Source: a bacterium (GTDB taxonomy: Bacteria; Patescibacteriota; Microgenomatia; UBA1400; PJMF01). From it: a DNA stretch of 64,000 nt. Of this stretch, positions 28,339-37,993 are shown in pieces. The DNA lies in NCBI GenBank assembly GCA_027620445.1, contig JAQBYG010000002.1, positions 1,130 to 65,129 on the forward strand, given 5' to 3'. Below the pieces are notes generated by a model. That model searched no databases and was not told the DNA's origin. It saw nothing but the letters and a program-made list of their open reading frames with translations. The first letter of the stretch is position 1, and every line of letters starts with the position of its first letter. A program made the position numbers and the translations under genes.

Positions 28339-29015
28339 TGATGAACCTATACTCAGAGTCAGCAGCCAGTTATTGCGAACGAATCGGCACTGGAATTTTT
28401 AGCGAACCCATAAATTTATTCACAAATGTATTCTTGCTTGTTGCAAGTTTTTTTTCTCTCAAGCTGTTACAAAAGCATAATCTTCTCAAAAAAAAGTATG
28501 TTTCGCTAGCGATTTTAGTTGGGTTAATTGGTATTGGCAGCGGACTTTGGCATAGTTTTAGAAACCCTATTACACACGCTATGGACTTCATTCCAATATA
28601 TGCTTTTTTTATCGTCTACCTCTACAGCCTATTCCTCTTGCTGACAAAGAAAAAAATGAGCTCACTTGGGATCACAATCGCATATGTTTTTGCTCAAGTT
28701 TGGCTCTCTGCATACCTTCCACAACTGCTTAATGGATCAATCCGTCATGTTTTTAACCTCGGACTGATTATTGGAGTTTTGCTGTGGTTAAGGACTAGAT
28801 ATCAGAAACTTAACTACCCCCTACTTGCCCTATTTCTAACCTACGGCTTGGGTGTCTTTTTTAGATCAATTGACAAGGCAGTCTGTGAAAGTTTCCCAGT
28901 GGGAACACATTTTGTATGGCACATTGCAGCAGCGATCACTTGCTTTTATGCAGTAAAGTCTCTGGTCTGGATAGAAGAAAATACTGATACTACCAAGACC
29001 AAGACTATCCTATAG
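28338..29015 (+). CDS. Alkaline-ceramidase-like (CREST superfamily) integral membrane hydrolase
   Basis: 7-TM protein with an N-terminal YCERIGTGIFSEPINLFTNV motif resembling the ceramidase/PF05875 signature. Confidence 0.4.
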   Translation: MMNLYSESAASYCERIGTGIFSEPINLFTNVFLLVASFFSLKLLQKHNLLKKKYVSLAILVGLIGIGSGLWHSFRNPITHAMDFIPIYAFFIVYLYSLFLLLTKKKMSSLGITIAYVFAQVWLSAYLPQLLNGSIRHVFNLGLIIGVLLWLRTRYQKLNYPLLALFLTYGLGVFFRSIDKAVCESFPVGTHFVWHIAAAITCFYAVKSLVWIEENTDTTKTKTIL

Positions 29016-29173
29016 TTTGACACCAAATAATCCATGTGTTATACTTCCCATCAGTTGATTGAGAAATATATCTCAACATGGTTTTAGCTCGCGAGAGTTT
29101 TTAAGAAAAGTTCCCTTAAACAAATTCGCTTCTTGTCTTTAACCCAACAGAGTACTTAAAGGAAGAAGTATCT

Positions 29174-30412
29174 ATGCAAAACTTTAATCGTGGTGGTCGT
29201 GGTTTTCAGAACCGGGCCAACAACTATCGTGGTCGGAATAATTTCTCTGGATTTGGAAGTCGCGGCAATCGAGGTGGACGCAGACAGGCAACCTTCGATC
29301 CAACTCCAGTGATTATTCAGGCCGGAATTCAACAAGCAGAAACTGCCAAGAATCTGGATGAGCAAGAGGTCTTTGCACCCAAGCATTTGTTTACTGATTT
29401 TGCCATTTCCGACAAACTCAAGGACAATATTGCGCAGCGAGGCTACAGCACCCCAACGCCAATCCAAGATCAGATAATCCCACATATTCTGGAGGGTCGA
29501 GATGTTGTCGGTATTGCCAATACAGGCACGGGTAAGACTGCTGCATTTTTGATTCCCTTACTAGAAAAAGTTGTCAAAAATCCAAATGAAAAAGTGCTGA
29601 TCATTGTGCCAACCAGAGAGCTCGCACTCCAAGTGCGTGACGAGCTCATGTCGTTTGCCGATGGTCTGCAAATCTACTCGAGCCTTTGCATTGGCGGTGC
29701 GCCGATCTTCCGACAGATTGAATCACTCAGACGTGGTCAACACTTTGTGATTGGCACACCGGGAAGAATTAAGGATCTTAATCAGAGACGCAAAATCCGT
29801 TTTGAGCAATTTACCAATATCGTTTTGGACGAGGTTGATCGCATGCTCGACATGGGTTTTGTGCACGAGATTCGAGAGATCATTAATGTACTACCGAACC
29901 AGCGACAATCACTCTTTTTCTCGGCAACAATGAATCCGCGCGTGAAGGAAATCATGCAAGGATTTCTGAACGACCCAGTCAGTATCTCAGTGAAAACACA
30001 GGAAGCTTCCAATCGGGTGACGCAGGAACTCGTCAAGCTCAATGGTAAGTCAAAAGTTGACGTGCTACACGATCTTCTGAATACCGAAGGGTTTGCCAAG
30101 GTGCTCGTGTTTGGTCGCACCAAACATGGGGCAGAGAAGTTATCCAAAGAACTGCAAACTCGTGGATTTAAAGTCGACGCCATTCATGGCAATAAATCGC
30201 AGGGTCAGCGACAACGCGCGCTCAGAGACTTCAAGAGTAGCTACATCCAGGCGCTGATCGCGACCGACGTGGTCTCTCGCGGAGTTGATATCGATGATGT
30301 TACCCACGTGATCAATTACGATCTGCCAGAGTCATACGAAGACTACATCCATCGCATAGGTCGCACTGGTCGGGCAGATAAAATCGGAACTGCTCTGACA
30401 TTTCTAGACTAA
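29174..30412 (+). CDS. DEAD-box ATP-dependent RNA helicase with N-terminal RGG/arginine-glycine-rich tail
   Basis: Q-motif (FTDFAISDKL...GYSTPTPIQ), AxxGxGKT, DEVD, SAT and HRIGRTGR. The first 40 aa are RGG/RGN repeats. Confidence 0.9.
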   Translation: MQNFNRGGRGFQNRANNYRGRNNFSGFGSRGNRGGRRQATFDPTPVIIQAGIQQAETAKNLDEQEVFAPKHLFTDFAISDKLKDNIAQRGYSTPTPIQDQIIPHILEGRDVVGIANTGTGKTAAFLIPLLEKVVKNPNEKVLIIVPTRELALQVRDELMSFADGLQIYSSLCIGGAPIFRQIESLRRGQHFVIGTPGRIKDLNQRRKIRFEQFTNIVLDEVDRMLDMGFVHEIREIINVLPNQRQSLFFSATMNPRVKEIMQGFLNDPVSISVKTQEASNRVTQELVKLNGKSKVDVLHDLLNTEGFAKVLVFGRTKHGAEKLSKELQTRGFKVDAIHGNKSQGQRQRALRDFKSSYIQALIATDVVSRGVDIDDVTHVINYDLPESYEDYIHRIGRTGRADKIGTALTFLD

Positions 30413-30446
30413 CTCAGCAGCTCATTTTGTGTGATACCATCGTGAC

Positions 30447-31568
30447 ATGCCCAGGTTATTTACCGTAGCCTCCGTTCTAATTGCCGTAAGTATTTTGATA
30501 GCAATTTGGAGCAGACTCTCATACACCGAGTTGGTTTTGGGGAACCGTCCTGTTTTAGACTTGGACAACTACCATCTGACGGCTCAGGAAGTGCTAGCTG
30601 GAGAACATCCATATGAGTTGAGTCATATGGAGACTCTCGGACCACCATCGGTACTCATTCCGTACTTGCTGACATCTCAACTCAGTGAGCGATTAAATAG
30701 AGTCTTTTGGACTACTGCAAATCTATTGGGACTTATCGTCACTGTTGTTCTATTTGCCAAAACACTTGCCAAGAAAAATTTGCTATTAGCTACAAGTTTA
30801 CTACTGATCGTTTCACTGATTTCTTTTCCTGTAAGATTCAGTTTGGAAATGGGACAACCAAACTTGGTAATTGCTGGTCTTATCTCACTCGTTCTATTCA
30901 AAAAAAAGTTCTCTGGTTTCAGCTTGGCAGTTATAGTTTTATTTAAAACTTTTTTTGTAGTGAGTTTAGCTTCGCTTGTCACAAGGAAAAAAGTACTACT
31001 CAGCACTCTCATTTTCGGATCCATTATGTTTCTTGGAACTTTCTGGGTAATAAAACCAGAGTTTTACTATGACTTTATTACAAACAATTTGGCAACAACT
31101 TTAGCTCAAGAAAATATCCAAGCCGGCAGTCTGAACTACTACAATCAATCAATTGTGGCAGCTGTAGCGAGAATGATTGGCAGTAGTGAAACAGGAAGTC
31201 TCAGTATTTTATTTTTAGGACTCGGTCTACTTCTTTGCCACTACTCAAAGAGCCTAAAGATTGGTTTTGTGAGTTCCGTTCTTGTATCTCCAATCTTATG
31301 GCAACACTACATTGCAGCCTTGCTGCCGATCTACTTCCTAACAGGCAAATATGTGTATCAATCAAAGAATTGGTCCCTTATCTCGATCTTTTTGCTGTCA
31401 ATCACACTGCTCTGGGTAGAATTTCCCTGGTTACATCTACATAAAAATGGTGTCTTTCCAGCTCTATTAGCATCTCACTTTCTGGTTGGATTGTTCATGC
31501 AGTTGTGGTTGGTGGCAAAGATGGAAAGGGGCAGTAATCTGATCTCAGATGCAAAATTGACAAACTAG
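30447..31568 (+). CDS. GT87/DUF2029-family polytopic membrane glycosyltransferase (PimE/MptB-like)
   Basis: Multi-TM protein whose first extracytoplasmic loop carries LDNYHLTAQEVLAGEHPYE...GPPS, resembling the DUF2029 signature. Confidence 0.5.
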   Translation: MPRLFTVASVLIAVSILIAIWSRLSYTELVLGNRPVLDLDNYHLTAQEVLAGEHPYELSHMETLGPPSVLIPYLLTSQLSERLNRVFWTTANLLGLIVTVVLFAKTLAKKNLLLATSLLLIVSLISFPVRFSLEMGQPNLVIAGLISLVLFKKKFSGFSLAVIVLFKTFFVVSLASLVTRKKVLLSTLIFGSIMFLGTFWVIKPEFYYDFITNNLATTLAQENIQAGSLNYYNQSIVAAVARMIGSSETGSLSILFLGLGLLLCHYSKSLKIGFVSSVLVSPILWQHYIAALLPIYFLTGKYVYQSKNWSLISIFLLSITLLWVEFPWLHLHKNGVFPALLASHFLVGLFMQLWLVAKMERGSNLISDAKLTN

Positions 31569-31569
31569 T

Positions 31570-33243
31570 TCACAGTTTTTCGAAAATAATGAATCGTTTG
31601 TTGCCATTTGGATAATCGATTTCATGAATTTTAGTGATTTTCGATTCTGCTAGAGTTCCGCCATTTACATCAAGGCAAATTGCGTTGGCAAAATACAAGA
31701 CAGCATCTTGAAGTACATCTGTCTCTGGACAACTCGCGACATCAAACAAATAGTTATCAAATCCATAGTTTCTTCTATTTTCCTCAGTAGCAAAAATGTT
31801 CGAAGGTCGAGTATCTGCCAAAGCCTGTACTCGTCTGGGATCTACTTTGCGATAAAAAAAGTAGAAAATGTCAGGTGCCTCATCGAAACCAAAAACGTGC
31901 ACTCGAATGTACCGTGACTCTACTGTGGATAAAAATGAATATGCTTCTTTATAACCATAATCTCGAGCTAAAATTGTTTCATACTGCGTATGCACGTGAT
32001 ATTGGTTGAGGAAGTAGCCAAATGACCACAGGCACGTCAAAGCAATTGGCAGTAACAACAAGCGACCAAACCTCACTTGCCTCAACCACGAAACTGAAAG
32101 GTATATGCCCTCGGCGATGAAAACATACAGTGGCAAGTATAAAAACATGCTTCGCTTTACATGTGGAAAGGCGGTTGTTGTGAGAACGGCGGGCAGTATC
32201 GCAATACTGATCCAGCCTAGCAAGAGCAAGCGTTGGCGTTGTGTAAAACGAGTTGACACAAATATGCCCAGCAACAAAAATGGTGCAAAAAACGGCAACA
32301 ACTGTCCAGCTCCAGGTACTTCATACCTACCTGGTTTCCCAGCAGAAAAGAACAAAAAATTGCTACTCAAAAACGTGCCTGCATTTCCTATTGTTTGCGT
32401 TGTTAGAGACGCAAGCTTATTGTGAAAAATTCGTGATACCAGAATAGGGACATGCATATTTCCCTCACGAAAAAAATATTCCTGACCGATCGGTTGGGCA
32501 TTTGTAAAAATACTATTGCCTGCAAAATTATCTCCAGCCCCAGGAATTATGTAAACGCTAGCAAATGAAATTATCACGAACACGATGCCAAAAGATACTA
32601 TATGCAACTTTTTTCTGATATCTTTCCACCAATACCATGTGAGTAGCAACTGCAGCAGTGGCAATGCAAGCTTAACCCCGTTGTAGCTAAAAAGTGCCCC
32701 AGCATACAACAATCCAATAATCAACATAACTTTTGTCTTTGGCTTCTTGACCCATTCTGACCACAACAACCACGCCAACAAAGCAAACGCTAATGCAACA
32801 ACGGCTTCACTACCAGAACGCGACTGTACCAGATCCCAAGGAGAAATTGTAACAATTGCAGCTACCACTAAGCCGAGCTCGGTACTTCGAAACAACTTTC
32901 TCACCCAAAGAAAAGAAAGTGGAATTAAGAGTGTTCCGAATACAATTGCTGGCCAACGCTCAGCTAACTCACTCAACCCAAAAACGGGAATTGAAGCTGC
33001 AACCAGGTAATTGTAAAAGGCGGGAGGATAATCACCCAAAGCTTTAGTATGAAGTGGGAGTAGCTGTCCCCAATCATCCCTGCCTGTTTGCAATATGCTA
33101 TAGGCACTATAGGCAATGCCTGCTTCATCACGATGAAAACCAGCAGGAATACTCGGCTGCCCAACAAATCGAAGTAGAAAACCAACCAGTACGAAGGCTG
33201 TGAGAATGAGATACCTATTGTTGACCGAGGCAAGCATTTTCAT
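31570..33243 (-). CDS. GT-C glycosyltransferase, PMT/ArnT (GT39/GT83)-like, paralog A
   Basis: HRDEAG DE-motif in loop 1 after TM1 and about 12 TM segments; 557 aa. Confidence 0.65.
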   Translation of the reverse strand: MKMLASVNNRYLILTAFVLVGFLLRFVGQPSIPAGFHRDEAGIAYSAYSILQTGRDDWGQLLPLHTKALGDYPPAFYNYLVAASIPVFGLSELAERWPAIVFGTLLIPLSFLWVRKLFRSTELGLVVAAIVTISPWDLVQSRSGSEAVVALAFALLAWLLWSEWVKKPKTKVMLIIGLLYAGALFSYNGVKLALPLLQLLLTWYWWKDIRKKLHIVSFGIVFVIISFASVYIIPGAGDNFAGNSIFTNAQPIGQEYFFREGNMHVPILVSRIFHNKLASLTTQTIGNAGTFLSSNFLFFSAGKPGRYEVPGAGQLLPFFAPFLLLGIFVSTRFTQRQRLLLLGWISIAILPAVLTTTAFPHVKRSMFLYLPLYVFIAEGIYLSVSWLRQVRFGRLLLLPIALTCLWSFGYFLNQYHVHTQYETILARDYGYKEAYSFLSTVESRYIRVHVFGFDEAPDIFYFFYRKVDPRRVQALADTRPSNIFATEENRRNYGFDNYLFDVASCPETDVLQDAVLYFANAICLDVNGGTLAESKITKIHEIDYPNGNKRFIIFEKL

Positions 33244-34976
33244 GTTACTTTTTTAAGATCTGTAATCCACTGTTTACAGAAGACTTCCTCACTGAGAGTA
33301 TGCAAGCGAAATTGATCTAAGCTCGAAACCTGTATGAATGTACCTAAATCATACTGTCCACAAACCTTATCATTGAGGATTTCATAGACACTTCCACTAT
33401 CCTTCAGCGCGGGAATGGTAATTTTATTCGCATCTGCAGAAAATTCTGTCAACGCTCTACAACGATCACGAATCGCTTCTGTGACACCCAAAGTTATTCC
33501 ATCGTCGTCATCAACACAGGTATTTTGAAATCTAATGTTATCAAAAGTATATGTCCCAGCGCGAAACGAATCTGAGATCTGTCCAACTGTGTCCTGTGAA
33601 ACTGAGCCCGAGTGCAATAGATAGCTAGAGAATAATATCGGAGGGTCAATGGTGTAGACGACTATCTGCTCGTCTGGATAGCTCTCTCTCGCCCAACCGA
33701 TGTATTGCGCCAGCACCCGTTCTTGAAAGAATCCTGCATCGGCTCCCATGACAGGGTAACGCACAAAGTATTGACTGGCAAAATTGAGTACTGATAGAGC
33801 ATAGAGTAGAACTAACACCCATCGAAATCTCGACTGCCACCAGACAAAAGCACCCCAACTGATTACCAACAACAGTAAAGTATAAGCAAAAAATGAACGC
33901 AATAAGTACCACTCGCTCGTCAGGTTAATAATTACCGGAACTGCAAAAAAGGGTAGTGCAAGTAGAAAGCTTAATCCAATAACCCGAGTCTTCTTCCGTT
34001 GGAGTGCACCAATACCAATCAGCAGTAACGCAATATCTAAGAGGTAAAACAACCCATGACTCCAAACAGCAAACCCACTCGCAGACGGCTCAGAATTGAG
34101 AAATAACAAATGAGGTGAAAATGAATTGAGCAACTTGTCAGCAGACAATTGAATGAGCGCAGTCACTTTATTGGAGAAAAGAGGCGCAATCGGCAATTGC
34201 AAAGCTTTGCGTCTCTGATCATTCGCTATTTCGCTAAGCACAGATTGATCTTGCAACAAAGTTCCTTCAAGGCGGCCATCAACATCTTGGTTCGGTAACA
34301 TAAAAAGCAAGTAGGCCAGGAGCAAAACCACAGAGGCAACAAGAGGAACAATGCGCAACTTCCACGACTCCTTTTTGTGCTGCAAGAGCCAAATGAATGT
34401 GAGCAGTGCCAACCAAGGTACGAGCAGTAATTTGAAACCCTGGTACTGAAAAAATCCTACAGCAAAAACTGGAATAGACCATAAAAATCCTCGCTTCGTG
34501 TTCGAAAAGAACAACGCGCCTCCAAGAAAGTAAAAGAAGGTTGAGTAAACTGCATCGTAGGAAAGCCTACTAAACTGCCACCAAAGAGGGTTTAGCGAAG
34601 CAATTACTGCCGCAATCCAAGCTAATGTTTTATCGCGCCAAATTCCCCAACAAAACCAACCAAAGACGAAGGGAAAAACAATACCCATGAGTGCAGTTGG
34701 TATTCTCACCGCCAGCAACGGATTGTCGGTAACCCAAAAAAGCGGTGTCATAAAAAGAGCTGGCAGCTCTGCATAAAAGGGATGAACCGGTCGCATGCTG
34801 TACCATGCCTGATCTTGTGTGAGTGTCGTACCTTGAACAGCAAAAGACTTAGCAACAATGCCATATACCACCTCATCATGTGTCAAAAAGGGTGGCAAAG
34901 TATCGAGCGATATAAACCTTGTGAGGAATAAGAACAAGAGAATTACTGCCAAAAATAATTTGTTTTTCTGTAACAT
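33240..34976 (-). CDS. GT-C glycosyltransferase, PMT/ArnT (GT39/GT83)-like, paralog B
   Basis: THDEVVYG DE-motif, polytopic N-terminal half plus a soluble C-terminal domain; 578 aa. Confidence 0.65.
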   Translation of the reverse strand: MLQKNKLFLAVILLFLFLTRFISLDTLPPFLTHDEVVYGIVAKSFAVQGTTLTQDQAWYSMRPVHPFYAELPALFMTPLFWVTDNPLLAVRIPTALMGIVFPFVFGWFCWGIWRDKTLAWIAAVIASLNPLWWQFSRLSYDAVYSTFFYFLGGALFFSNTKRGFLWSIPVFAVGFFQYQGFKLLLVPWLALLTFIWLLQHKKESWKLRIVPLVASVVLLLAYLLFMLPNQDVDGRLEGTLLQDQSVLSEIANDQRRKALQLPIAPLFSNKVTALIQLSADKLLNSFSPHLLFLNSEPSASGFAVWSHGLFYLLDIALLLIGIGALQRKKTRVIGLSFLLALPFFAVPVIINLTSEWYLLRSFFAYTLLLLVISWGAFVWWQSRFRWVLVLLYALSVLNFASQYFVRYPVMGADAGFFQERVLAQYIGWARESYPDEQIVVYTIDPPILFSSYLLHSGSVSQDTVGQISDSFRAGTYTFDNIRFQNTCVDDDDGITLGVTEAIRDRCRALTEFSADANKITIPALKDSGSVYEILNDKVCGQYDLGTFIQVSSLDQFRLHTLSEEVFCKQWITDLKKVT

Positions 34977-35009
34977 TGATACCGTATACTATAGTCCGTC
35001 AAACCGATT

Positions 35010-36407
35010 ATGCCTACTCACTTTTTCAAACAATTGCAAAAAAACTGGTATGTAGTTTCACTCAGTCTTGCACTCATACTCATTTGTCTCACCCGAGTTT
35101 ATAAATTAGACGTATATCCCAGAGGTTTTTTTGTTGATGAGTCCTCGGTTGCATATAATGCACTCAGTATTGCGCTCACAGGAAAAGACGAGTACGGCAT
35201 TCCTTTTCCAGTCTACTTCAAAGCATTTGGTGAGTACAAAAACCCAATACTCATCTACTCCCAGGCACTCCTATACTCCTTTGTTCCTGCGACGATTTAC
35301 ACCGCACGACTCGCACCAGCTCTCTGGGGACTCGCTTTTATTATCCTAACCTGGATCTATACCAAAGGGGAGTCTACCAACCTACGACTGATCAAAACAA
35401 TACTAGTTGCTACCACCCCCTGGCTCTTTCATCTAAGTCGTGTGGACTTTGAAGTGATCGTCTTTCCCACGCTAGTGCTAGCAAGCTTGCTTCCTCTGAG
35501 ACGCTTCTTTTCAAAGCGCAAATCAAGAGACTGGCTTCTTTTTGTTCTAATCATTTCTATATCATTCTATAGCTATACCGCTGCACGATTGCTTGCACCA
35601 CTCATTCTCATTCTGGCTGGAGCAATCACCCTCTTGGCACAAAAGCGAGCAGCTCTCAAACCAATACTACTCGGAATAGTGCTCTCTATACTTATCATAA
35701 CTCCTGCAATAATTTGGAATTATTACTACCCTAATAGCTTGCTCGCTCGCTACGAACTCGTAGGCAAAAGTGATGCACCAATAGCAAGGCAACTCAAAAG
35801 TATTGTGTCAAGATATCGCGAGCACACAAGACTTTCATACCTCTTTGAGGTAGGGGACAATAACTTGCGCCACAGTACTGGCAAAGGTCTGTTGCCGCTG
35901 ATTTCTCTGCCATTATTTCTAATTGGACTAACCCAGTTCTGGCAGAAAAGAAAACATCCCTACAACTGGTTTATCTTGGGAGGTCTTTTACTCAGCCCAC
36001 TACCTGCAGCCATGACATGGGATGATGTTCCGCATGCATTGCGGTCAATTCTCTTTGTCGTTTTCTTTTTACTTGTCGTGTTTGCAGGGCTCGATTGGAC
36101 TATCAAACTGAAACAGGGAAAGCGTTGGTTGACTGTCACTACAATAATAATTTTTGCCGAGTTCTTCAGTTACTGGTCACAGTACCGAGCTGTGTATCAA
36201 ACAACCAACTATAAGTGGTTTTTTGTTGGAGATCTTGAAAAGATAACCGAACTGTATGAGCAAAAGCAAGACTTTGAAATTGAGGAGACGACATTCTTTG
36301 GCACGTATGCCACTGTAGCATTTATCTACCACTACCCACCCGAGTTATTTCAGCGAACAAAACAGGGACACAAAACAGAGCGAATTGAATTTATAGAAAA
36401 TAACTGA
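35010..36407 (+). CDS. GT-C glycosyltransferase, PMT/ArnT (GT39/GT83)-like, paralog C
   Basis: FFVDESSVAYN DE-motif; polytopic; 465 aa. Confidence 0.65.
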   Translation: MPTHFFKQLQKNWYVVSLSLALILICLTRVYKLDVYPRGFFVDESSVAYNALSIALTGKDEYGIPFPVYFKAFGEYKNPILIYSQALLYSFVPATIYTARLAPALWGLAFIILTWIYTKGESTNLRLIKTILVATTPWLFHLSRVDFEVIVFPTLVLASLLPLRRFFSKRKSRDWLLFVLIISISFYSYTAARLLAPLILILAGAITLLAQKRAALKPILLGIVLSILIITPAIIWNYYYPNSLLARYELVGKSDAPIARQLKSIVSRYREHTRLSYLFEVGDNNLRHSTGKGLLPLISLPLFLIGLTQFWQKRKHPYNWFILGGLLLSPLPAAMTWDDVPHALRSILFVVFFLLVVFAGLDWTIKLKQGKRWLTVTTIIIFAEFFSYWSQYRAVYQTTNYKWFFVGDLEKITELYEQKQDFEIEETTFFGTYATVAFIYHYPPELFQRTKQGHKTERIEFIENN

Positions 36408-36478
36408 GCGAGAAACGGGGTTCGAACCCGCGGCCTCTTCCTTGGCAAGGAAGCGCTCTACCACTGAGCTATTCTCGC
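36407..36478 (-). tRNA. tRNA-Gly (anticodon GCC)
   Basis: Acceptor GCGAGAA/UUCUCGC, anticodon loop UUGCCAA, T-loop UUCGAAC. Confidence 0.85.
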
Positions 36479-36695
36479 GCGTCGCTATTGTACAACGAGC
36501 TGGTGTATACTCAAAGTATGAGCATGAAATCATATCTTTCGTCGCCAGATTTTAACCGCAGAGCAGGCTATGCCGGGCAAGACACCGCCAAATTTTTGGG
36601 GAAAACGCTTGGGATAATCATCGCTGAAACTGCGAAATTTATAAAAGAACTTCTCATGAGCATGCTGGGCAAAAGGTAAGCACAAAGAAACTTTG

Positions 36696-36768
36696 TGCCA
36701 AGCTCAGGAATCGAACCTGAATTTCATGTTTTTCAGACATGCGCCGTGACCGACTTGGCTAGCTTGGC
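36696..36768 (-). tRNA. tRNA-Phe (anticodon GAA)
   Basis: Acceptor GCCAAGC/GCUUGGC, anticodon loop CUGAAAA, T-loop UUCGAUU. Confidence 0.8.
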
Positions 36769-36772
36769 ACTG

Positions 36773-36846
36773 TGGACGCTGAGGGATTCGAACCCCCGAC
36801 ACCCGCGATGTAAACGCGGTGCTCTAACCAGCTGAGCTAAGCGTCC
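36773..36846 (-). tRNA. tRNA-Val (anticodon UAC)
   Basis: Acceptor GGACGCU/AGCGUCC, anticodon loop UUUACAU, T-loop UUCGAAU. Confidence 0.85.
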
Positions 36847-36863
36847 GATTCTCTCATCGTCTG

Positions 36864-36944
36864 TGCCCGGGAGAGGACTTGAACCTCCACACCTTTCGGC
36901 ATACGCACCTCAAGCGTACGTGTATACCATTTCACCACCCGGGC
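36864..36944 (-). tRNA. tRNA-Leu (anticodon GAG)
   Basis: Acceptor GCCCGGG/CCCGGGC, anticodon loop UUGAGGU, long variable arm. Confidence 0.8.
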
Positions 36945-36967
36945 TCAAATAGCATTATATAACATTG

Positions 36968-37050
36968 TGCCGAAGAGAGGAGTCGAACCTCCATCCCGCA
37001 AGCGGGACACGCTCCTGAAGCGTGCGCGTCTACCATTCCGCCACTTCGGC
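36968..37050 (-). tRNA. tRNA-Leu (anticodon CAG)
   Basis: Acceptor GCCGAAG/CUUCGGC, anticodon loop UUCAGGA, long variable arm. Confidence 0.8.
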
Positions 37051-37075
37051 ACGTAACACAGACCAGATTGTACCA

Positions 37076-37774
37076 TTACTCGGAGAATTTTTGCTTGAAA
37101 GCCTCGATGATTATGTCTCGAGCTCGCGGGACCGTAAAATACGTTGTATTTATTGTCAAATCAAACACATTCCTGCGCCTATTGTCGGTCACAAAGTATT
37201 GTTTGACAAACTCCTCGCGCTCTGCCTCAACTTTTGCAATTGTTTCTTTTGCCTGCTGATTATTGAATCCCTCAAATTCCATTGCGCGACTCACGCGAAC
37301 AGAGTAGGGGGCGGTGACATTTACATGAAGCCCTTTTGCCTGGGGAGTGAAACTGTTGGCGCCTCTACCCAAAATGACAACATTGCCTTTACATGCGTGG
37401 GCAATAATAACCTTCATCATTTCAGAAATAAAAACCGTATCGCTCACGTACTCTACGTTCAGAACTGAGTGAACAATGTCATCAATGCGAGAACGACTTT
37501 TTTCGTCAAGTTCTTTAATAATTGCGCGTCGCTTTTTTGTGGAGTTTGCGATCTCGTCAATGATCTGTTGATCAATAAACTCAAAGTTAAGCTTCTTGGC
37601 AACCGCCATCGCAATCGGTTTGCCACCACTTCCCGGGTCGCGAGCGATGGTAATAAAGGGGCGAGGAAATGCGTCGTCTGTAGGAATGAGACCACTAATC
37701 TCTTTTTTGAGTTGAAATAAACGGAGTGCTTTATCGACCATTTGCGCGTACGATCGTGCCATGTTTCTCGCCAT
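37076..37774 (-). CDS. Cytidylate-kinase-like family P-loop protein
   Basis: ITIARDPGSGGKPIAMAVAKKLNFEFIDQQ matches the Cytidylate_kin2 (PF13189) signature. The ORF-track N-terminus (to 37987) runs through two tRNA genes, so the start was moved to the MARNMARS Met. Confidence 0.55.
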   Translation of the reverse strand: MARNMARSYAQMVDKALRLFQLKKEISGLIPTDDAFPRPFITIARDPGSGGKPIAMAVAKKLNFEFIDQQIIDEIANSTKKRRAIIKELDEKSRSRIDDIVHSVLNVEYVSDTVFISEMMKVIIAHACKGNVVILGRGANSFTPQAKGLHVNVTAPYSVRVSRAMEFEGFNNQQAKETIAKVEAEREEFVKQYFVTDNRRRNVFDLTINTTYFTVPRARDIIIEAFKQKFSE

Positions 37775-37833
37775 TATACTACTCGATCGTAGGATGTCAT
37801 CTGCAAGCTTCACGATGGTATAATTCAACGGCT

Positions 37834-37907
37834 GCACCCGTAGCTCAATTGGATAGAGCGTCTGTCTTCGGAACAGAAGGTTGTGAGTTCGATTCTCGCC
37901 GGGTGCA
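37834..37907 (+). tRNA. tRNA-Arg (anticodon UCG)
   Basis: Acceptor GCACCCG/CGGGUGC, anticodon loop CUUCGGA, T-loop UUCGAUU. Confidence 0.75.
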
Positions 37908-37912
37908 CACGT

Positions 37913-37986
37913 GGGCCAGTAGCTCAGTTGGTTAGAGCAATTGCCTCTTAAGCAATGTGTCCCGGGTTCGAGTCCCGGCTGGCTCA
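37913..37986 (+). tRNA. tRNA-Lys (anticodon CUU)
   Basis: Acceptor GGGCCAG/CUGGCUC, anticodon loop CUCUUAA, T-loop UUCGAGU. Confidence 0.8.
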
Positions 37987-37993
37987 CAAAAAT

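Noticed and set aside
36488-36679. 63-aa ORF in the spacer inside the tRNA operon
   Set aside because: No RBS and no recognisable domain. It is kept only as an unexplained spacer in the findings.
37775-37987. N-terminal 71 codons of ORF 37076..37987
   Set aside because: This stretch runs antisense through tRNA-Arg and tRNA-Lys. The gene start was moved to the MARNMARS Met at 37774.
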